The position numbers were made by a program, and so were the translations under genes. A stretch of 64,000 bases of DNA from an uncultured Pseudomonadota bacterium (GTDB lineage Bacteria > Oederibacteriota > Muellerivitia > Muellerivitales > Muellerivitaceae), in assembly GCA_963843375.1 (NCBI GenBank), contig CAWJKT010000006.1:309047-373046 (forward strand), in the 5' to 3' direction. This document shows positions 62,677 to 64,000 of this stretch, in pieces (the first letter of the stretch is position 1; the number at the start of each line of letters is the position of its first letter). The notes beneath the pieces were generated by a model, which was given only the letters and a program-made list of their open reading frames with translations, did not search any database and was not told the DNA's origin.

Positions 62677-62973
62677 TTAGGCCCCTTCAAAAAATTCAAT
62701 TTTTTGGCCGGGTTTCAAAGTCACAATCGCTTTTTTCCAACGATATGATTTCGAAATGTTCCGACCAAACCTGCGGACTTTAGCAGGCACATTCAAAGTG
62801 TTTACTTTTAAAACTTCAACTTTCTCTTTTTTGAAAATGAATTCAACAGCGTTTTTGATTTCTTGCTTCGTGGAATCAGAGTGAACCTCAAAAGAGTATC
62901 TTCCCTTTTCCTTTAACGAAGTGCTGCGTTCGGTAATAAGTGGGCGGACAATGACATCCTGAAGTTTTTTCAT
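62677..62973 (-). CDS. rplW: 50S ribosomal protein L23
   Basis: [16 protein letters not shown]. Confidence 0.97.
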   Translation of the reverse strand: MKKLQDVIVRPLITERSTSLKEKGRYSFEVHSDSTKQEIKNAVEFIFKKEKVEVLKVNTLNVPAKVRRFGRNISKSYRWKKAIVTLKPGQKIEFFEGA

Positions 62974-63626
62974 ATAGCCTTCTCCTTGGCCGAAGAAACT
63001 TTGGCTTTGGCATCCATTAGTTGTTTTAAAGAACCCTGGGTCAAAACCACGACATCATGATTTACCACTTCATATGTATTTAGATTTCCTTTTGCCAAAA
63101 CAGTTGTTTTAGGCAAATTACGGAAACTTTTTAAAATTGCCGAGTCGGATTGGTCGATCACGATAAGACACTTTTGGCCCGTCACTCCAAGACTCTTCAA
63201 TAAAACAACGGCTTGTTTGGTTTTTGGAACATCAAATTTTATGCTTTCGATGACTATGATTTTGCCTTGTTGAGCCTTATCGGAAAGCGATTCCGCTAAA
63301 GCTTGTTGTCGCATTTTTTTCGGAAGTTCCAAGGAGTAATCACGAGGCTTGGGACCATGGGCAATACCGCCGCCCACAAACTGAACGGCACGGATGGATC
63401 CTTGGCGCGCGTTACCTGTTCCTTTTTGCTTAAAAGGCTTTTTGCCGCCGCCGGAAACTTCTCCTTTGCTTTTGGTTTTAACTGTTCCTAGGCGCTGGTT
63501 TGACAAGTGGGTAGTCACACTTCGCCACAAATGATGTGACCGTGGTTTTAACCCAAATAGGTTTTCTGGCAGGTCCACTTGACCCGTAGATTGCCCAGTT
63601 AAATTGTATACATTGGCTTTAGGCAT
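62970..63626 (-). CDS. rplD: 50S ribosomal protein L4
   Basis: EVSGGGKKPFKQKGTGNARQGS, GPKPRDY. Confidence 0.98.
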   Translation of the reverse strand: MPKANVYNLTGQSTGQVDLPENLFGLKPRSHHLWRSVTTHLSNQRLGTVKTKSKGEVSGGGKKPFKQKGTGNARQGSIRAVQFVGGGIAHGPKPRDYSLELPKKMRQQALAESLSDKAQQGKIIVIESIKFDVPKTKQAVVLLKSLGVTGQKCLIVIDQSDSAILKSFRNLPKTTVLAKGNLNTYEVVNHDVVVLTQGSLKQLMDAKAKVSSAKEKAI

Positions 63627-63638
63627 CGAATTTCACCT

Positions 63639-64000
63639 TTACTTTTTTACGCTTGGTCGAACAGTTACGATGCCACCATCGGCGCCCGGAACCGCTCCCC
63701 TGACGAACAACAAGTTGTTATCGGCATCAATTTTTACGACCTTCAAGTTTAAAACAGTATTTTGGTCAGTGCCCATATGACCGGGCATACGGCTTCCAGG
63801 ATAAACACGTGACGGATCCGAAGACGCCCCGATCCCGCCCGGTGCCCGATGGAACATGCTTCCGTGGGAATTCCGGCCGCCCTTAAATCCATGGCGGCGC
63901 ACGGCGCCTTGAAAACCCTTTCCCTTTGTAACACCAGTGACATCAACCCAGGTTACGTCTTTCATGTTTTCTACCGTAAAGGTTTGCCCCACTTGGAAAT
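63639..64000 (-). CDS. rplC: 50S ribosomal protein L3 (5' truncated by window edge)
   Basis: KGKGFQG, HGS..HR.PG, MPGHMG, GAVPG. Confidence 0.97.
   Translation of the reverse strand, partial: FQVGQTFTVENMKDVTWVDVTGVTKGKGFQGAVRRHGFKGGRNSHGSMFHRAPGGIGASSDPSRVYPGSRMPGHMGTDQNTVLNLKVVKIDADNNLLFVRGAVPGADGGIVTVRPSVKK

Overview
This is a core-chromosome window from an uncultured, probably deep-branching diderm bacterium, with almost all genes on the minus strand. In transcription order it holds the S10-spc-alpha ribosomal protein cluster (rplC to rplQ), an AT-richer block with two tandem GT-C (PMT/ArnT-like) glycosyltransferases and a stand-alone repeat protein, and an attenuator-controlled ilvB-ilvN-ilvC-psd-pssA-leuA operon. 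Next come leuB, an archaeal/fungal-type asd, tpx, a DUF2723/TMEM260-like glycosyltransferase, truA and a futalosine-pathway menaquinone cluster (ubiD, menG, ubiX, ubiA-like, mqnE, mqnA, mqnC). The window ends with queF, speE, a GT9, an amidohydrolase, rplM-rpsI, pcrA and gatCAB. About 20 single-base indels and two in-frame stops interrupt otherwise intact, often essential genes, which points to an unpolished long-read consensus rather than true pseudogenes. The most interesting items are a complete unannotated Leu/Val leader-peptide attenuator and a candidate protein O-glycosylation system (three GT-C enzymes plus Thr/Pro-rich secreted proteins). Also notable are changes in conserved uL22 and uL2 loops, a 64-aa Pro/Ala/Thr extension on MqnA, and a nuclease-less repeat protein. 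I recognised no rRNA, tRNA, CRISPR array or mobile element. All calls come from motif recognition by eye; no searches were run.
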